Shown here one piece after another: positions 39,421 to 54,310 of a DNA stretch of 64,000 nt. The position numbers were made by a program, and so were the translations under genes. The notes below the pieces were generated by a model that was not told the DNA's origin, did no database searches, and saw nothing but the letters and a program-made list of their open reading frames with translations. The stretch lies in the NCBI GenBank assembly GCA_028534125.1, contig CM052816.1:56918001-56982000 (forward strand). Reading direction: 5' to 3'. Within the stretch, counting starts at the first letter, position 1. Each line of letters begins with the position of its first letter. This stretch comes from Lama glama (lineage: Eukaryota).

Positions 39421-41269
39421 TGAACGAACTTTACCTTTCTTAACTGAGTAATTCAGTCAAAAGAGAATTTGTGCCTGTTTGTTTGGGGAGGCTAAACTGG
39501 TATGAGTTAAAATTTTCTAAACGCTAGGACAAGCTTTAAGACAGTCTTAAAACAACTGATACTAAAAATGGCGATTTAAGTCACAATGCTATCTGATTAG
39601 CCTTTTGTGGTCTTAGCTATAAAAAGCCTTTGTATATTCAAAAATGAGTCCGAAATCTAACCTAGAGAAAATACCGTTTTATATAAAGCAAGCAACCTTG
39701 TGTAGGTGCAGATTTATCTCCGATTAAGATGAATGTTTTTGTTTTTGAATACTTAGCTAGTGTAAATTTGTTAAAATTGTGACGACTCTAGGAAAATAAG
39801 TGATGAGGACGCTGTATAACTTTTTAGGATACTGTAACAGTTGATAGTTTCTCAAGAAACAATGTTGCCCTTATTATTAAATATGAGTCAAATTTATTAC
39901 AGAAAAGGAATTTTGTACTGTTAGGCTATGTGGGTCACTGTCCGAATGTTAAAGGTTAAAATGACTGTGCCAACACTATACAGTGCTATAAAAATATTAG
40001 AAAATATATAGAAAGACAGCTCTTTTTGAAAGTGTATCTTTGTTCAGACAATTCCACCCCTACACCTTCCTCTCTGTTACACTGGGTCATTTGAAACTTC
40101 CTAGTCATGCAAGGTTTTCTGAGTATTTACGTAAATACAGGCTTCTACGTAAGTAATCTGCCATCTGATTTACCTCACCTGTTTTCAGGAAATGTTCCAC
40201 GTTTTTATTTTCCTTTGGTTCCCACTTTTCTCTTGTTGTTTTGTAAAAGTTTTGCAAAACTTGCACTATGTTGAAATCACAAAAAATTCCTTAACAGTAA
40301 GAAAAAGTTTTGATTTTGACTCCTGATTATTTTGTGTGTGGTCAGGAAATTCTGATTCTGCTAGTATTTATAATACCAATCTTTCAAAAGAAATAACTGA
40401 AGGGATTTCCCCCAACCCACCCCCACCCCCGCCCAAATATCTGCTAAGTTGCCACCTTAGCTCAGTGATGGCAAGAGAGTAACTCACGTATTACCATTTC
40501 CTATGTGCTCCCATTGTCTATGGCAAATATGGATAATTGGCTTCTACACTTTACTGATGAGCTTGAACAGAGCTAAGAATCATTTACGTAGCACTCAGTG
40601 TGGCCTCTGTCAATAGAGTAGGCAAAAAGGGGAAACCTGCAGTCCTTGGCTTATGGTTTATGGTCTAATCAACATCCATGGATTGTTTTCACCCCTCAGT
40701 TGGACTTCCCATGCATTGCTTCTTACTTCAGCAAGAACTAAAGTATTTATTTTATATTTTGTTTATTTCTTAAGAGCCCCATTCTCACCCACAAGAGGTA
40801 CTGGAAATCACTGAGGATGAGTGTTTCCATTCTTTTAGTTGCTTCATATTCTGGCCCTTGACTGCTAACCACAAGGGACTTTTTTTTTTTTTTTTAGTTT
40901 CTAATACTTAAACTCTTCTTCTAATACCCTCACCTTTATCAAGTTAACATCTATATCTCATCTACCTCTTAGTCTAAGTGTCTCAGGAAAGCTTTCTCTG
41001 ACACCCTCAACCCCATTTAGTTACATCCGTCATATGTATTTTTAGTTGTGGTATTTTACTAAATGCAGAATGAGAGATTGATAACTTTGTTGAGTTAATG
41101 AAGAATTGAACTAGGAGTCTTAATGACAATTATCCACTGGGTTAATATTGAGTGTTGGCTCTTTGACTGTTGAATTCTCACAGCAATCTTAAGAGATAGA
41201 TACTTTCTATATTAACTGATGAGGGAAATGAGGCTTAGAGAGTTAAAGATGTGAAAATCAGCACAACCA

Positions 41270-41960
41270 GCCTCATTGTTCCTCCACCAAATCTGTTCGT
41301 CTGTATCTATCTGAACCTAGAGATGTTGCCTTCCCTCCTGTTACACATGAAAGAAATAGTCCCTCTGCTTGTACTTGTGTTTATTTCATTCAGGACCTTG
41401 ACTCTTCTGTTAGTGTTTTCCTCCCATATCTGTTTTCCCCCTTTCAACTAGATCATCCTTTGGGTACATTAAATATGCCTTAGTATCAGGTATCTTAAAA
41501 GAGAGCAAAACAAAAAACTTTTGACTTCTGTTCCCCTCCAACCACTACTTAATTTTTGTGTTCCCCTTTATAGCAAAATTTCTCCAAAAATTGCCTAAAC
41601 TCCATCTTGACAAATACAAAGGCAAATTCTCAGTTCTCATTTTAGCTTTTAGGCAGCATTTGATGCACTTGGCTGCTTCCACATTTTGGAAACATTTTCT
41701 TCTCTTAGATTCCAGAACCTCCTGGTTCACCAGGCTCACCTTCTGGTTTCCTCTTACTTTACTGGCATCCCTTCAGTCTAATTTGCTTTATCTTCTTCCT
41801 CCGACTTCTAAATATTAGAGATGCTCACATCTTAGTCCCGTGTTCTTTTCTATATATACTCTCTCAACAGTTTCACCCAATCCCATGGCTGTAAATATTA
41901 TCTTTATTTTGATAAGCCCCAAGATTATAGTTCCAACCCTAACTTTGAACACCTGACTGA
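41270..41960. mobile_element. L2 fragment
   Basis: ggcagcatttgatgcacttgg...cttagattccagaac...cccatggctgtaaata resembles the L2 body; boundaries approximate. Confidence 0.55.
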
Positions 41961-42184
41961 ATATTCTTTTTACATTATTATGGAAAACTTCAGGCATATA
42001 AAAATAATATAATGAACCTTCATAGCTTCATCACCCAAGCCTCAACAATTATTAAATTAATACATAGACTCATTATTCTTAATATGGTAGGGTGATTACT
42101 TCTTTCTCATTTTTGAAGCTGATGTATTTGCAGACTTTTATTCCATGTATATTTTAGGTTTTGTTCAATTATTTAAAATTTTAT

Positions 42185-42310
42185 GGGGAGAGGGTATAGC
42201 TCAAGTGGTAGAGTGCATGCTTAGCATACACAACGTCCTGAGTTCAATTCCCAGTACCTCCTTTATAAATAAATAAGTAAACCTAATTACCTCCCCCCCC
42301 CACAAAAAAA
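42185..42310 (+). mobile_element. tRNA-Ala-derived SINE (camelid vic-1-like)
   Basis: ggggagagggtatagctcaagtggtagag (A box)...gagttcaattccc (B box), A/C-rich tail, attttatgggga repeated on both sides. Confidence 0.85.
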
Positions 42311-43784
42311 ACCCATATTTTATGGGGATTGATTGTGTGATTGATTTGGGAAGCTTTTATATCTTTACTCGTTGTTGTATGAGTCTACATTCAGTTGCAG
42401 GAAGTAGGTCTGGTTATTTTCAATATACAGGGATTTAATATAGGGAATTGGTGTTTAGAAAATTGTTTAAAGGTCTGGAGGAGTGGGCTTTAGCCTGGGC
42501 TGTCAGGAACGAGTTCCAGGATAATACTGCCGGTCTGAGCTGTCATGGGAGCTCCTACCACTGCCCCCCCCCAATCAGGACGATGGAGAATCAAGACCTC
42601 ACAACTAGTTACTGAAGTTAAGAATACACTACTGTAGCTACAATTCAAGAATAAAGATGATACTGTAACAAGTACTTAAAGTGAATTACTGTGCTTTAGA
42701 AAGCTGCTGCAGAAAATATTGTTATCTTCACCCCCATGCTTACCAGCCAAAAATCAAAGTAGCAGAAAGAAGGCTTTTGCCACCTTCCAGATCTTATTTA
42801 AGTGTACCTAATTGGCAGAAGTCATTTACTTCTAGAACCCTAACTGCATGTCTAGAAATGTAGTATTTAACTTTTCAAGATTTGTAGGATAAGGAAGCAA
42901 GCTTGAAAGAAGATTGAGTGGATGCTGAGTACCAAACTGCCTTATTCACCCAAATCTTCACATCCATGAACAGAGTGCATCTTTTTAAAAAAAAAAAAAA
43001 ACCTTTTATATATTTTAATAGAGAAAACGTTTTGAAAATTTGTGCATTCTTTGTTATCTGGAGAAGAACTCAGTAAGAGTACCTGGCAAGGACTGAAAAT
43101 GATGGTGTGCTAACAATGGCTAGTGTCTGTATAGCTTTTATATTAAGCATCATTCTTAGTGCTTTTTGTATATTAATCCATTGGAGCCTATGAAGTAGGT
43201 ACTATTAATCCAATTTTACAGAAACAGCAATTTGAGACACAGGAAAGAATAAGTAGTTTTTACCTAAGACCTCAGTGCTGGTAAGTGGAAGGGTGAAATA
43301 TGGACACAGGGAGTCAACTCCACAACCTTTGCTCATAACTATTATACTATGCTGCTGACTACTAGGGAATGTGATCATCTCAACTCTGTACCTGATACCC
43401 AACAAAAATATATTCAACTGCTCACTCATTATCTTTACCTAGATGGCTAACAGACATCCCAAATATACCATGTCTAAGTCAGAACAATATTTCCCAACCA
43501 CTATTAAATCAACACTAAAAGTCATCTCTTTCCTTTTTTCTCCTATGACCTCCCATATCAAATCCATGAGCAAATGTTATCGATCCTGCCTCCAAAATAT
43601 ATCCCAGCTTTGACCACTGACCGTATTTACTGTTGCCACCTTAATCCAAACCACCGTCACTTACCTGGGCTCCTACCAGAACAGCCTCCTAACTTACCTC
43701 CTTGTTCCAGGTTGGCCACCTGCAGTTCATGCTCCACACAGCAGACAGTTTTTTTTAAATAGCAAATATTACTCCCCTGCTTAC

Positions 43785-44130
43785 TGCCCTATACATCTCT
43801 TCCATCTGGCTGTTCCTAAGTAACATCCTTTTATGATAAATCAGTGACCTAGTAAGTAAATTATTTTCCTGAGTTCTGTGAGTTGCTCTAGCAAATTAGT
43901 CGAACCTGAGGAGGGTGTTGTGGTAGCCTCCAATCAATAGCCAGTTGGTCAGAAGTGCAGGTAACAAGCTGGAGTTGTGATTGGCAGAGGCAAGTGGTCT
44001 TCAAGCTCTTAACTTGTGGGATCTGACACTATCTCCAAGTAGATAGTTTGAGAATTGAGTTACTTTGTAGGACACCCGGTCTGTCTGCTGAGCATTGAGG
44101 AATTGCTAGGTAGTGATGGGAAACACACAC
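43785..44130 (+). mobile_element. MER21-like LTR fragment
   Basis: catctcttccatctggctgttcc...ttttcctgagttctgtgagttgctctagcaaatta...gaacctgaggaggg. Confidence 0.65.
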
Positions 44131-47100
44131 TCGGGCTGTCTCTCCAGTTCCCTTGCCATTAGCTCTCAATGGACCTCTAACTGTTCTCTCTGAGCATAAT
44201 CAAAGTAGTTTAACAAATTAAACTTATATATATTCTGCAAAGCACTAGAGTACTATACAATGAGGAATAGCATATAGAAGATGCTTCCTTTTGTTTAAGA
44301 GAAGGGAAAAATAGAAATATGTGTGTATGTTATTTTTGCAACAAAGTAAACACTAGAATAAGAAACCAGAAACTAAGCAATAATAACAACAACAACAAAC
44401 AAACCTAAAGGGTGTGAGCAGAAAGAAAATGGAGAAGTGGAGGGGATAGAAATGGGAGTAAGACTTCTCAGAGTATACCTTTTCAGTTAGTTTTGACTTT
44501 TGAACCTTTTATACATTGAAAAATGTAATCAAGATTAAAAAAAATGAACCCTAAAACTGAAAACAAATGGAAACAAAGGACCCTAACTATATCAAATTGT
44601 CAAAGTTGCCATATAGAGAAAAGAGTTATTTCAAATGACTTTTGAACACAGTAGGAAGATTGTCCAAACTTAATGGAATGTATTTAAAGGAAAAATGAAC
44701 TGGAAAAAATATAAACCTCAGTAGTCTTGTTAGTTGTTATATTGGTATTGTGAATGAGAAAACATTTTCTATATAAGATAAAGCCAAAGAATAAGTATTT
44801 TAATGTTTATAGAAAGTATTTTAATGTTATAGAGAATTTTGGTTTAGAGAAATAGAATCATGAATGCCCCACCTATCACTTTAATACTGCAAAGTGTTAA
44901 AATAATAAATTATATTATTAAAAATAATACTATTAAAATAATCGTTTACTCATTTTTAAACTATTTAATTTATTGGTACTTTTTTCTTCCTAGGAATTTT
45001 TACTCACCCCATAAAGATATTCTCCTTTGTTTCTCATAGATTTTGCTTTCACATTTAGCTCTATGACCCATCTCTAATTTTTGGCTGTGATGTAAGGTAG
45101 ATATCAAGGTTGGGGTTTGGAATTTTTTATTTGTTTTTTTCTCATGTGGATTCTAGAAAGACCCTTGGTAAAAGACCAGAAAGTTTTGAATTGGACTCTG
45201 GCCCAAGCTCAGCACAAACAAGTGGTTGAGATATCTCTGCAGAAAGATTATATAACATAAATTAGTAATATAAAAGTGGATCACTACATCTTAGAAGGTT
45301 CTACTAAATCTGACACAGTGGTATTAAAATGGTAGGTGGGGCATTCATAATTCTTTTGGCTTTTCTAGATCCTCTACTGTCATAGAATTTTATTCTGATT
45401 CATTTGTAAAAATAGCATCAGTAAATCAAAATCTAAACTACTGCCAAGGTCTAGGCTGTAGCATCTGCTTTAGGAAAAAAAGCACCTGTAGAATAACATA
45501 TATATAAGATGTAAATCAGGTGATAGGGAGTAATAGTTTTCAATCTTCTGTAGTTTTACAGAATTCAAAATTTAAAATATTTTACTCCCTCATTGTTTTC
45601 TTGAAGCATACAGTCTGTTTTGATCTCAGATCTGCTGAACACATGAAGTAAATGACATTTACATTAAATCCTAGTTAAATTATAATCATGATCTGTGCTT
45701 TTAAGTATCATGGCTAATTTTCAGACTTCATCTTTCACTGTTGATTCAAACAAATGAGGAATAGGTGGGGAGATATATATATATATATAATCTGTATTCT
45801 ACTGACTAAAACAGAACCATAGCTTCATATTTCCATTATAAGTAAATTTTTCATGTATATTATTAAAGACTAAATTGAAAACCTTCACAAACAATGGTGA
45901 ATTATCCCAGTTTTGCTTTCACTTCAGTCCTTGGACAAATAGATCAATCTCTCTGAACTTGTTTTCTCACCTGAAAATGTTCTCAAACTTGGGTGTGTAT
46001 CATATTCACCTGGAGAGCTAATGAAGCATATAGAGTCCCCAGCTCACTGAAGCAGTTAGGGGCTAGAGCCTAGGTCTCTGTATTTTTACAAGTTTCCCCA
46101 GGTAATTTTGATTACACACCAAAATTTGAGAACAGTTGTCTTAGTATACTTCTATAGATGGATGCGTGGATGGACTGAGTCATGCATTTATTTATTTGTT
46201 TATGCATGTGTATAGCAATAAACTTGTGCTGGTGACTAGGAATAAATGTGTACTCTGTGACTCAGGTACACAGTGCTGAGACCAAGCCCTGCCCTAAAGA
46301 AGTTCTTGGCTTAGTGGAGGAGACAGACAAATAAACTGTTAGTTACAATAGAGTGTTATGTGCTCTGAATTAGGCAGAATGCTGAGGAAGCACAAAGGAA
46401 GGGCATCACCGTTTGCCTAGAATTGCACACCAGGGAAGAGTTCCCTGCATTTTGAAGGGCTGGAGAAATCAAGTGAGTGAAAATTAGAGGAGAGCAGTTT
46501 AGTCACAGAAGAATAAGACATAGAAACTATAAGCAGTTTGAGAAGCTAGTTATTTTCCAAAACCTGGGACACATCACACTGAATGTTCAGATTCTAGGTG
46601 TTTTATCAGGTATGTCACTGTATAGTGGTAGAATCATACTCTCCAATTCTTTTTCACATTTTCTTTTGTAAAGAGAACATCTTTTTGTTTCTCATACGAA
46701 ACATGTTGGTAACACTTGATAGTCTCCTTTTAAAGAGAGAGTAGGCTTAAACTCAGAGGTGCAGCTGGCAGCATCATCCCGGTAGATTCAACAATACTTT
46801 GTAGCAATTGAAACTAACTTGCTATTTTTGTAGAGATACAGTTTCCTTTTTAAAAATCACTTATTTGAGTAATTAAATTGATCCATTTTAAAAGTATTAA
46901 GTAACTAGTTCACTTGGTATTTGAATGTGCCAGAAAATGTGGAGATGGAAGATGAATGACTGAATTTTTGAAGCCTTGCATGGAGGTATGTGGTAGGAGA
47001 TAAAGCTACAAAGACAAAAGACCGATTATGAGGATCCCTGGTTGCAATGCTAAGGACCTTGAGTCTTACTATAAAATAAGTGGGGGAGTCTTGAAGAGTG

Positions 47101-47365
47101 TTAAACAACAGAGAGTTAATCTTGGAAGGAGCCACAAAAAAATAGTGCCAGAATGAAGTGGAGGAGTTGGTGCGGGGTAGGGTGGGTAGAGGGATTCTCA
47201 AAGAAGTTTGGCTACAGACAATCCAAAGCTGTTCTTCTCAATGGGCTTGGTCTATTCATTACATCCATAGAGACTTTTGAAGAGGGTGAAGTAAGTCCCT
47301 TTAAGAGCCTTCAGCCCCATTTTGCTGATAGCCATAGCTTAGGTGTGAACCAAATAGCTAGTTTA

Positions 47366-47535
47366 GGGGGAGGGTATAGCTCAAGTGGTAGAGCACTTGC
47401 TTAACATGCGTGAGGCCCTGGGTTCAATCCCCAGTACCTCCTCTTAAAAAAAAGCCTAGTTATTCACCCCACCCCCGCCAAAATAAAATAAATAATACAG
47501 AAATAAATAAAATATATTAGAAGTAAAATGTTAAA
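47366..47535 (+). mobile_element. tRNA-Ala-derived SINE (camelid vic-1-like)
   Basis: gggggagggtatagctcaagtggtagag...gggttcaatccccagtacctcc; target-site duplication aaatagctag(t/g)ttag at 47352-47366 and 47536-47550. Confidence 0.88.
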
Positions 47536-49299
47536 AAATAGCTAGGTTAGTAATATAAGGTATGACAGCTCCACAGATTATTATTCCATGCTAAAAATGT
47601 GTAAGAAATTTGGAATATAACAAAATTATTGCTTCTCTGTGATAAAAGGTGCTAAAAATATGTACCATTAAAAACAAAACCCAAACCAAAAAACAACCAA
47701 CTCTTCTGCGTAATTTGGGTGAAACACTTTATGCTGCTCTCCACTCCCCCAAATCTGGTTGTACAGCTGCTGTTGAGACCTTGTCCCCCACAGAGACTGG
47801 GCCAGGCGTAGCTGCCAGCTGCTCTAAAACAGTGACCAAACTTGGTCATAGAACCAAATGCCAGACATCTGTCTTCTACCAACTAGGATCAGTATGAAGC
47901 CCTACGCAGTAGATGACAACATACAACATATAACCTAAACAAAAATTGCCGTGTCACCTTTTTAGCAAAATCTCAATTATAAGACTTTCTTTCCCACCTT
48001 CTCAACAGCTGTTGGAGGTACAGGCACTTGCAATACAGTCACATGGCCTTTTGTTCTTTTCTTTGTCTTTTTTCTTCTGCCCTGATGCTGGACTGACTTG
48101 TTTTTTCGAATACCTCTGTAGGCTCTCCTCTCCTAGTCCTTAAAGTTTCTACAGGACCTTCTGCTTTTCTCTTTCTCTTCTCCAGAGAGTCCAGTCATTT
48201 TCTGAGCCTCCACAATCGAGTCTCTGCTGAATTCTGAATCTGTCTTACAAACCCTGGCCCTATGTTCCCAGGCCCATATCTTCAGAGGTCTCCTGAATCC
48301 ACTTGGATGTCCCCAGTGGCTGTGTATCTCAACCTAAATCATCCTAGTGAATTCGGTCTCCTTAACCATCCTGTTTTTTACTACCAGTGACTGAGGCTGA
48401 TGAAATAATACACTACAGGCTGTGACTTACCCTCTCATTGGTGGGTCTGCTGTTCCATGATTTGTGTCCACAGAAAAATGGACAATGTTAACTGTGTACC
48501 CAGAGGATTGAAAACCATCTTTTGTTGCTAGTATCTTTGCCTTATGAATTTCAATTTATTTATTTTTAAAGTTTTTTGAGAAGAAAGTATTTGAGAGTAG
48601 GATTGTTGAAAATCAAGAATTCGCTAAATTTCTGATTATTGTGTACAGGACTATTAAATGGAATACTCTTGAGGAATGCAGAACAGCTTTAGTGCCAGTG
48701 AATACACTAGTTAGAACGTTATGAACAAATACCAAAACATATTAACCCATATACTGTAGTTCAATTAAAATATATATTTGTATTTGCATACTTTGTGATT
48801 ATCAAAATCAGTTTCACCTTCTGCTTATCGGTCATAAATTAACAATAGACATTTTTCATGGAGGTCAGAATAGCATTTCATAAGCACAGATTCATGTTTA
48901 TTTATTTCAGTGTGTAGTACCTTAATAATACATTCTTAATCATAAGTGAGCTGATGATGATAAAAGTCACCTAATTAGTTTATGTGTATTTATCTATATG
49001 GCAAAATTGTGAAGGTGTCAGCAAAAAGGAAATAAAACACATTCTTTCAAATAAATAGTAATTCACAATTTAACCAAGAAATTGAAAGTGGCACCAAAAA
49101 TACTGCTGCAGGATTAGTGTCTGAGATTCAAAACAGTACCAGCAAGAATTGTAACAGTTTCTCTTGAGAGTGGAGTTTGAGAAGGAACAGGTGGTGGGTC
49201 AAGGCTCTAAGTGGGGAAAGCAGCCTTGGATGAGGAACTGAAGAGTGGTCCCAGACCTCCGGACAGAGTTGCTTAATGAGGGAACTAGGCAGAGTCGGT

Positions 49300-49740
49300 T
49301 TAGTAAGTGGAAACCCTTCTGGTTGCTAGTGACAGAGACTTGAGTCCAGTTGGTCTAAGCCACAAAGGACACTAGGGGCCACAGGGATTCAGATGGCTGT
49401 AGGCATGACTGCATCTAGATGCTAAATGATGTCACTGTGCAGTGTCTGTCTCCTTTGGCTCTCTCGCTCTGCTTCCTGCTTGGTTGGTTTCATTCTCAGC
49501 CCGGCTTTCCCCAGGTTATAGCAAAGAGAGACCCCAGCAGCTCCCAGCTCACAACCTGACAAATGTAAACCCTGCAGGAAAATATCTCCTCAATTCCAGC
49601 AAAAGTCCCAGAATTAACTGATTGGCCTGGTTCAGATGACATGTTTCCTGCTGGCCAGGCCTGGGTCACCTACCACAACTGGAGCCAGGGAATGGGATTA
49701 TGGCTCCAAAAGGAAAAGAGTGATTCTGTTACAACAGATG
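49300..49740. mobile_element. MLT1-like (MaLR) LTR remnant
   Basis: ggttgctagtgacagagac...ttcattctcag...ccagcaaaagtcccag...gattggcc pattern. Confidence 0.5.
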
Positions 49741-52700
49741 TACAGTAATTTGGGATGGGAAAAAATAAGAGGGGACATGAAGACAAGGAGAGAATGTGAA
49801 TAGACCCATTCTTATTTTCAAATTTTGGCTGGGTTTCATGTGGCAAACCAACAGCAAAATACTTTCATGCCAAAATGCTTAGATGGCTTTAATTCAGAGT
49901 TTCTAAATTTTAAAAAAATTATCATTTCCCTAAAGAGCCTTTTAAGACCTTTTTTTTTTGCCTTATCACCCTCTATGAAATTTTAATACCACAGATATAC
50001 TGTATGTCTGTTTAGTGACATCAAATACTGAGTCAATCAACAGCATAATTTGGGAGAAAAAAAGACCTTACTACTGATGCTCTCTCTAATGAAGGCAAAA
50101 GAGTGTTTCTGACTTGAATTATTTGGACATTTGGCCCAATCCTTGGCTCAGTGAGAATAGATCTGGCTTATGAGAATTAATTCATACCATTTGGAGGCTA
50201 AAACAGTTATAAAGCTGCTTTGGAATGTCCTAAATTGTGCCTGAGAGACCTGTTTTTGACAGATGTGTTCATGGAGTCCAGTCAAATGGCATATGGAACT
50301 TTTATGTACAAGCGAGTGCAAAAGTTTCAACATGTAACATTTATTAGTGCTTCCACTGGCATGGAGAGACAGATGGTATACACATTACTCTCAGAAGCAA
50401 GCTTTGCAGTTGGTCTTAGAATCTGACTTTGCTCAGTTACTTAGGTCACTTAATTTGCACTCCCACCCGCCCCCGCCCCCCAACTCCCCATACACACACA
50501 TGCACCTCCTGCCCCAGAGTCCTGTCTAGGAATTCTCTCTCAGTTGCTTAACTTAAGATTTCTCTTCTTTCTCAACCCCTTCCTTGACCCAGATCCCCAC
50601 CGTCCCTGTATATTTGCCCCCCTCCAGCTGGTCCAGGGTGAGTTCTGGAGGCTGAGGTAGGGAAGACCACTCCTCAACAGCTGTTCTAAGCCCCCACCCA
50701 CCCCTAATGTTAGTCTTACAGCATCCAGCTCATTTCCCCCACATTGACCTCAGACTCCCCCTCTGTTTAAGTCTCAGCTCCAGCAGTGAAATGTCCAATC
50801 GAGCAAGATTTGCAGATTAATCTTCTGTCCCAGAGCTTCGTAGAGAAACACTGGGATTGGAGAAATATCCACCCTTTTTTTCGGTGCTATCTACATAAAA
50901 TAGCACCAGAGGGGCTCTCAAAGTGGAGCCTTTTTCCTTTTCAGTTCTTACCACTTTTTTTTCCACTGCTAGTAAGTGTACAAACCCTTAAAAAACAAAA
51001 ACAAAAACAAAACCCTTAAAGACCTGTGTGTGTTTTAAGTTTTATCTGAGGCAATAAAAAGCTGAACCTGAATTCTGTTCTTCAGTTGTCCAGAGGAGGA
51101 AGGAGATTCTAATCAGAAGCTCCTAGTGCTTGCAGTGGCAAAGGAAGTAGGTGGGTTGGAGTCCCTGGAGATCCAGCCTTTGAAGATGCATTAGCAGAAA
51201 ACCCCAACAGCCATGATGCCTCAAATTCTCGTTCTACAGAGGTCCACTTCCCCTCAGCCCCACTTCTTTGGTTTCCATCCAGATGCTCACCCCAGGCTTG
51301 TCCTAGCCTCTTTCCTCCTCTCCCAGCCCCATGCTCTGGATGGAGAAGTGTAAAGAAAGGGGACTCCCTATTTCATTACAGTGGTGGGGGGTGAAGGGCA
51401 GAGGAATGATATAACAAAGCTCTAGACATATCTTCTTATAAGTTGAATAGTACTGTTACAACCGCAATGCACAGAACAATTGGGCTTATTCAGTAGGCCA
51501 TAGGGTGTGCCAGAAAGAAAAGTGGTCTAAGAGTCTGAACTTTCCTTCTAGGCTTGGTTCTGTCACCCAGCACTTTGGACAAAACAACCACAGCCAAAAG
51601 ACAGATTGGGACACAGCATCTGTTTATATATGACAAAGGATTAGTATCCTTAGTAAATAAAGAGTTCTGATATATCAGTAAGAAACACTCTCCAAAAGGT
51701 GGGTGAGGAACATGAAAGGGTAATTCAACAAAGAAAAAAAAATTCGAATATATATGTGTTCAACCTCAATTGCAGTTAAGGATGTACCAATTAAAATGAT
51801 GAGATTTTTATTTTTTCTATTTTAATGGCAAAGATTATAAAAGAATACACTGCTCAGTACTGGCAAGGCTGTGGAAAAGCAGGTTCTCTCACCTCAGAGG
51901 AATCATTCACACACAGCTGAGAATTAGGACAGAATGTGGGACAGAGGGGTGGACCAGTCAGAGCTGGAAAGCACAGTGCCCCCAAAAGAGATTGGGTGTT
52001 CTTAGCTCTAGTCTGCTCAGCTGGAGATTTCCTGAAAGCTCTTGATGGGACAGGAAGTTGGACAGCAGGATGGCAAGGGAGAAGCAGGTCCAAGAGGGTA
52101 CCAGAAATAAGGATGGTTTCAATGCCATTACATTTATGTTTTCCTTCATAAATTCTTCTTTGTTCATGCTTTTGATTTTTACAGAGCATCCCAAGAATCA
52201 ACTTGTAAAACCCAGCACATGTTTATACCGGTTTCATTTTAAAATTGTATTCATTTTCAACATTTATTTTCAGGGAGTGCAATGCAGTGGTAGAAACAAA
52301 CTAGGGCTGGCATTTATGCATGGCGTGGAAGGCAAAGGCATCCCCAGATGAGCAGGGTGGGGTAATAGTGACAGCATGAATCTCAATTTACTAACTGGGG
52401 TTTCAGGCACATCGCTCAATCTCTCTGAATTTGTTTCCTGTACGTTTGTGTTTTTGTGAGGAGGAATAATACTAATAACTTCACAGTGTTGTTGGAGGGA
52501 TTAAGTAAAATTGTGTATATAAAATCCTGAGGAATTAATATATGCTCAATAAATTTGGTTCCCTTCCTTGCTGAGAATACCAGCACTTTATTACTTATTT
52601 TACAGGAATCACCGCACATTTCATCTGTGGTCTGATTTCCTTCCAAACAGGCCCTGAGGCCTCATATTGCCTAAGGTTCTTGCTAACCCTTGACAAAGGG

Positions 52701-53289
52701 TTCTTGGCAAAAAAAAAAAAATTGAGCTGTTTCTTATTTTGTTGGCTTCCAGACTGAGGGGAAAGCTCTGGCTTCTGGTTAAGTACTGATAGGTTCAATC
52801 CAGCAGGGCCTTCTTCCAACTCCAGGGCTGCGCTGGCCCACGTGTTGTGGCTTGCATAAAAACTGGAGAGTATGTGACTCCATCTGGTGAGGAAATGGAG
52901 AACAGAAGATGGGATGGCAGCACCCCAATCACACTAGGGTAGCAGTGCCATCTTGGAGGTCTACTAAATGCACATGGCTATCAGAGTTTGGGAATTATCT
53001 GTGGCCATCAGATTTAGGACCTAAAACCACATGTGAAGGCCCAACAAAAAGGTCCCAGATGGAAGCCCATGCCCAGCCAGGATGGTGGAGGTTTGACGGC
53101 TGTCTCTCACTCTGAGACGCCTGGCGTTAAGTCAGGGAGCTACTGGCATGGTGCTGCTGTTGTTGCTGGAGACTTCCTTTTGAGAGGTAGTGTGGTGAGA
53201 GTGCATTGTAAACAAATAAGGAAATAAAGACATGAATCTATATGAGAAATGGAAGCTCCAGATCTTAACTTCCCCACTACTATCTTCCT

Positions 53290-54310
53290 GGTCAGTGGTC
53301 CTCAAACCTTAACACGCATCCAAATTACCTGGAAGGCTTGTTGAACAGATTCCAGGGGCCCCACCTCGGATTTCCGTCGTGGGCCTCGAGGAGGCGCATT
53401 TCTGAGAGCGCTCAGATGATGCTGATGCTGCAGGTCCAGGGACGGCTGTGAGAAGCGCTGCTCCTGGTGAGTTTTAGAGAAGATCTGGCCCCACTGCTAG
53501 CAGATCTGCCTTGAAGATGGATTTATTCCCCTGCTCCCACCTCCACCCAGCTTATTCAGACCAGTGCCTCTAGTTTTCAAAAAATAAAAAATTCCCCAAT
53601 CTCTTTTGTTCAAAACAAGAAGGGATTTATCAACTGGAAAACAAATGACAGTTTATAATACGGGTACATTCAAGTCCAAATTAGTAATCCCCAACACTGG
53701 TTAAACTTTAGAAAAATCTAGGAAACTGGGAAGGAAGGAAAGAAGGAAGAAGGCAGGCAGGCAGGTGAGAAGGAAGAAGGCCCCCCAGGCCTCGGACCCG
53801 GATATTCTGATTTAATTGGCTCGGGGTGGTGTCCTAGCAAGAACATGTTTTAAAAGCTTCCCATGTGCCTCTGATGTGCAACCAGGGCTGAGAACCGCTG
53901 CTCTAGATCACTGGCTCTCGAGTCTGCCTGCATGTTGGAAGCACTTGGGAAGTTTTAAAACTACTGATACCGCCCTCCTACTTTAAAAGATTCTGACTTA
54001 AAATGAGATGCAGCCTGGGCAGCCAGGGTTTTTAAATTTCCCCAGGTGATTCTAATATGCCTAATAGTCAGAATTTTGGGAACCCCTGTTCTAGATTTGG
54101 TGCTCCCCTCCAAATACTCTCTACCACAGTGCTTCTCAAAGTGTGGTCCCTGGACCAGTATTAACATCACTTGGGAACTTTTAGAAATGTGATTTTCGGG
54201 CCACACCTCAGACCCACTGAATCAGCAATTCTGAGGGTGGGGTGTGGCAGTCTGTGTTGTAACAAGCCCCCCAGGTGACTCGGATGTATCCTAAAGTCAG
54301 AGAACCACTG
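53290..54310. mobile_element. Cluster of about four MER5-type (hAT-Charlie) elements
   Basis: Repeated cagtggt(t/c)ctcaaa...gagaacc(a/g)ctg termini with internal ccaggtgattct motifs. Confidence 0.7.

Noticed and set aside
42185..42260. Apparent tRNA-Ala gene (also at 47366)
   Set aside because: A-rich tails, target-site duplications and an altered 5' end indicate SINEs rather than tRNA genes.
44793..44835. Short ~21-bp tandem duplication
   Set aside because: Two copies in AT-rich repeat-like DNA; ordinary slippage, not an array.
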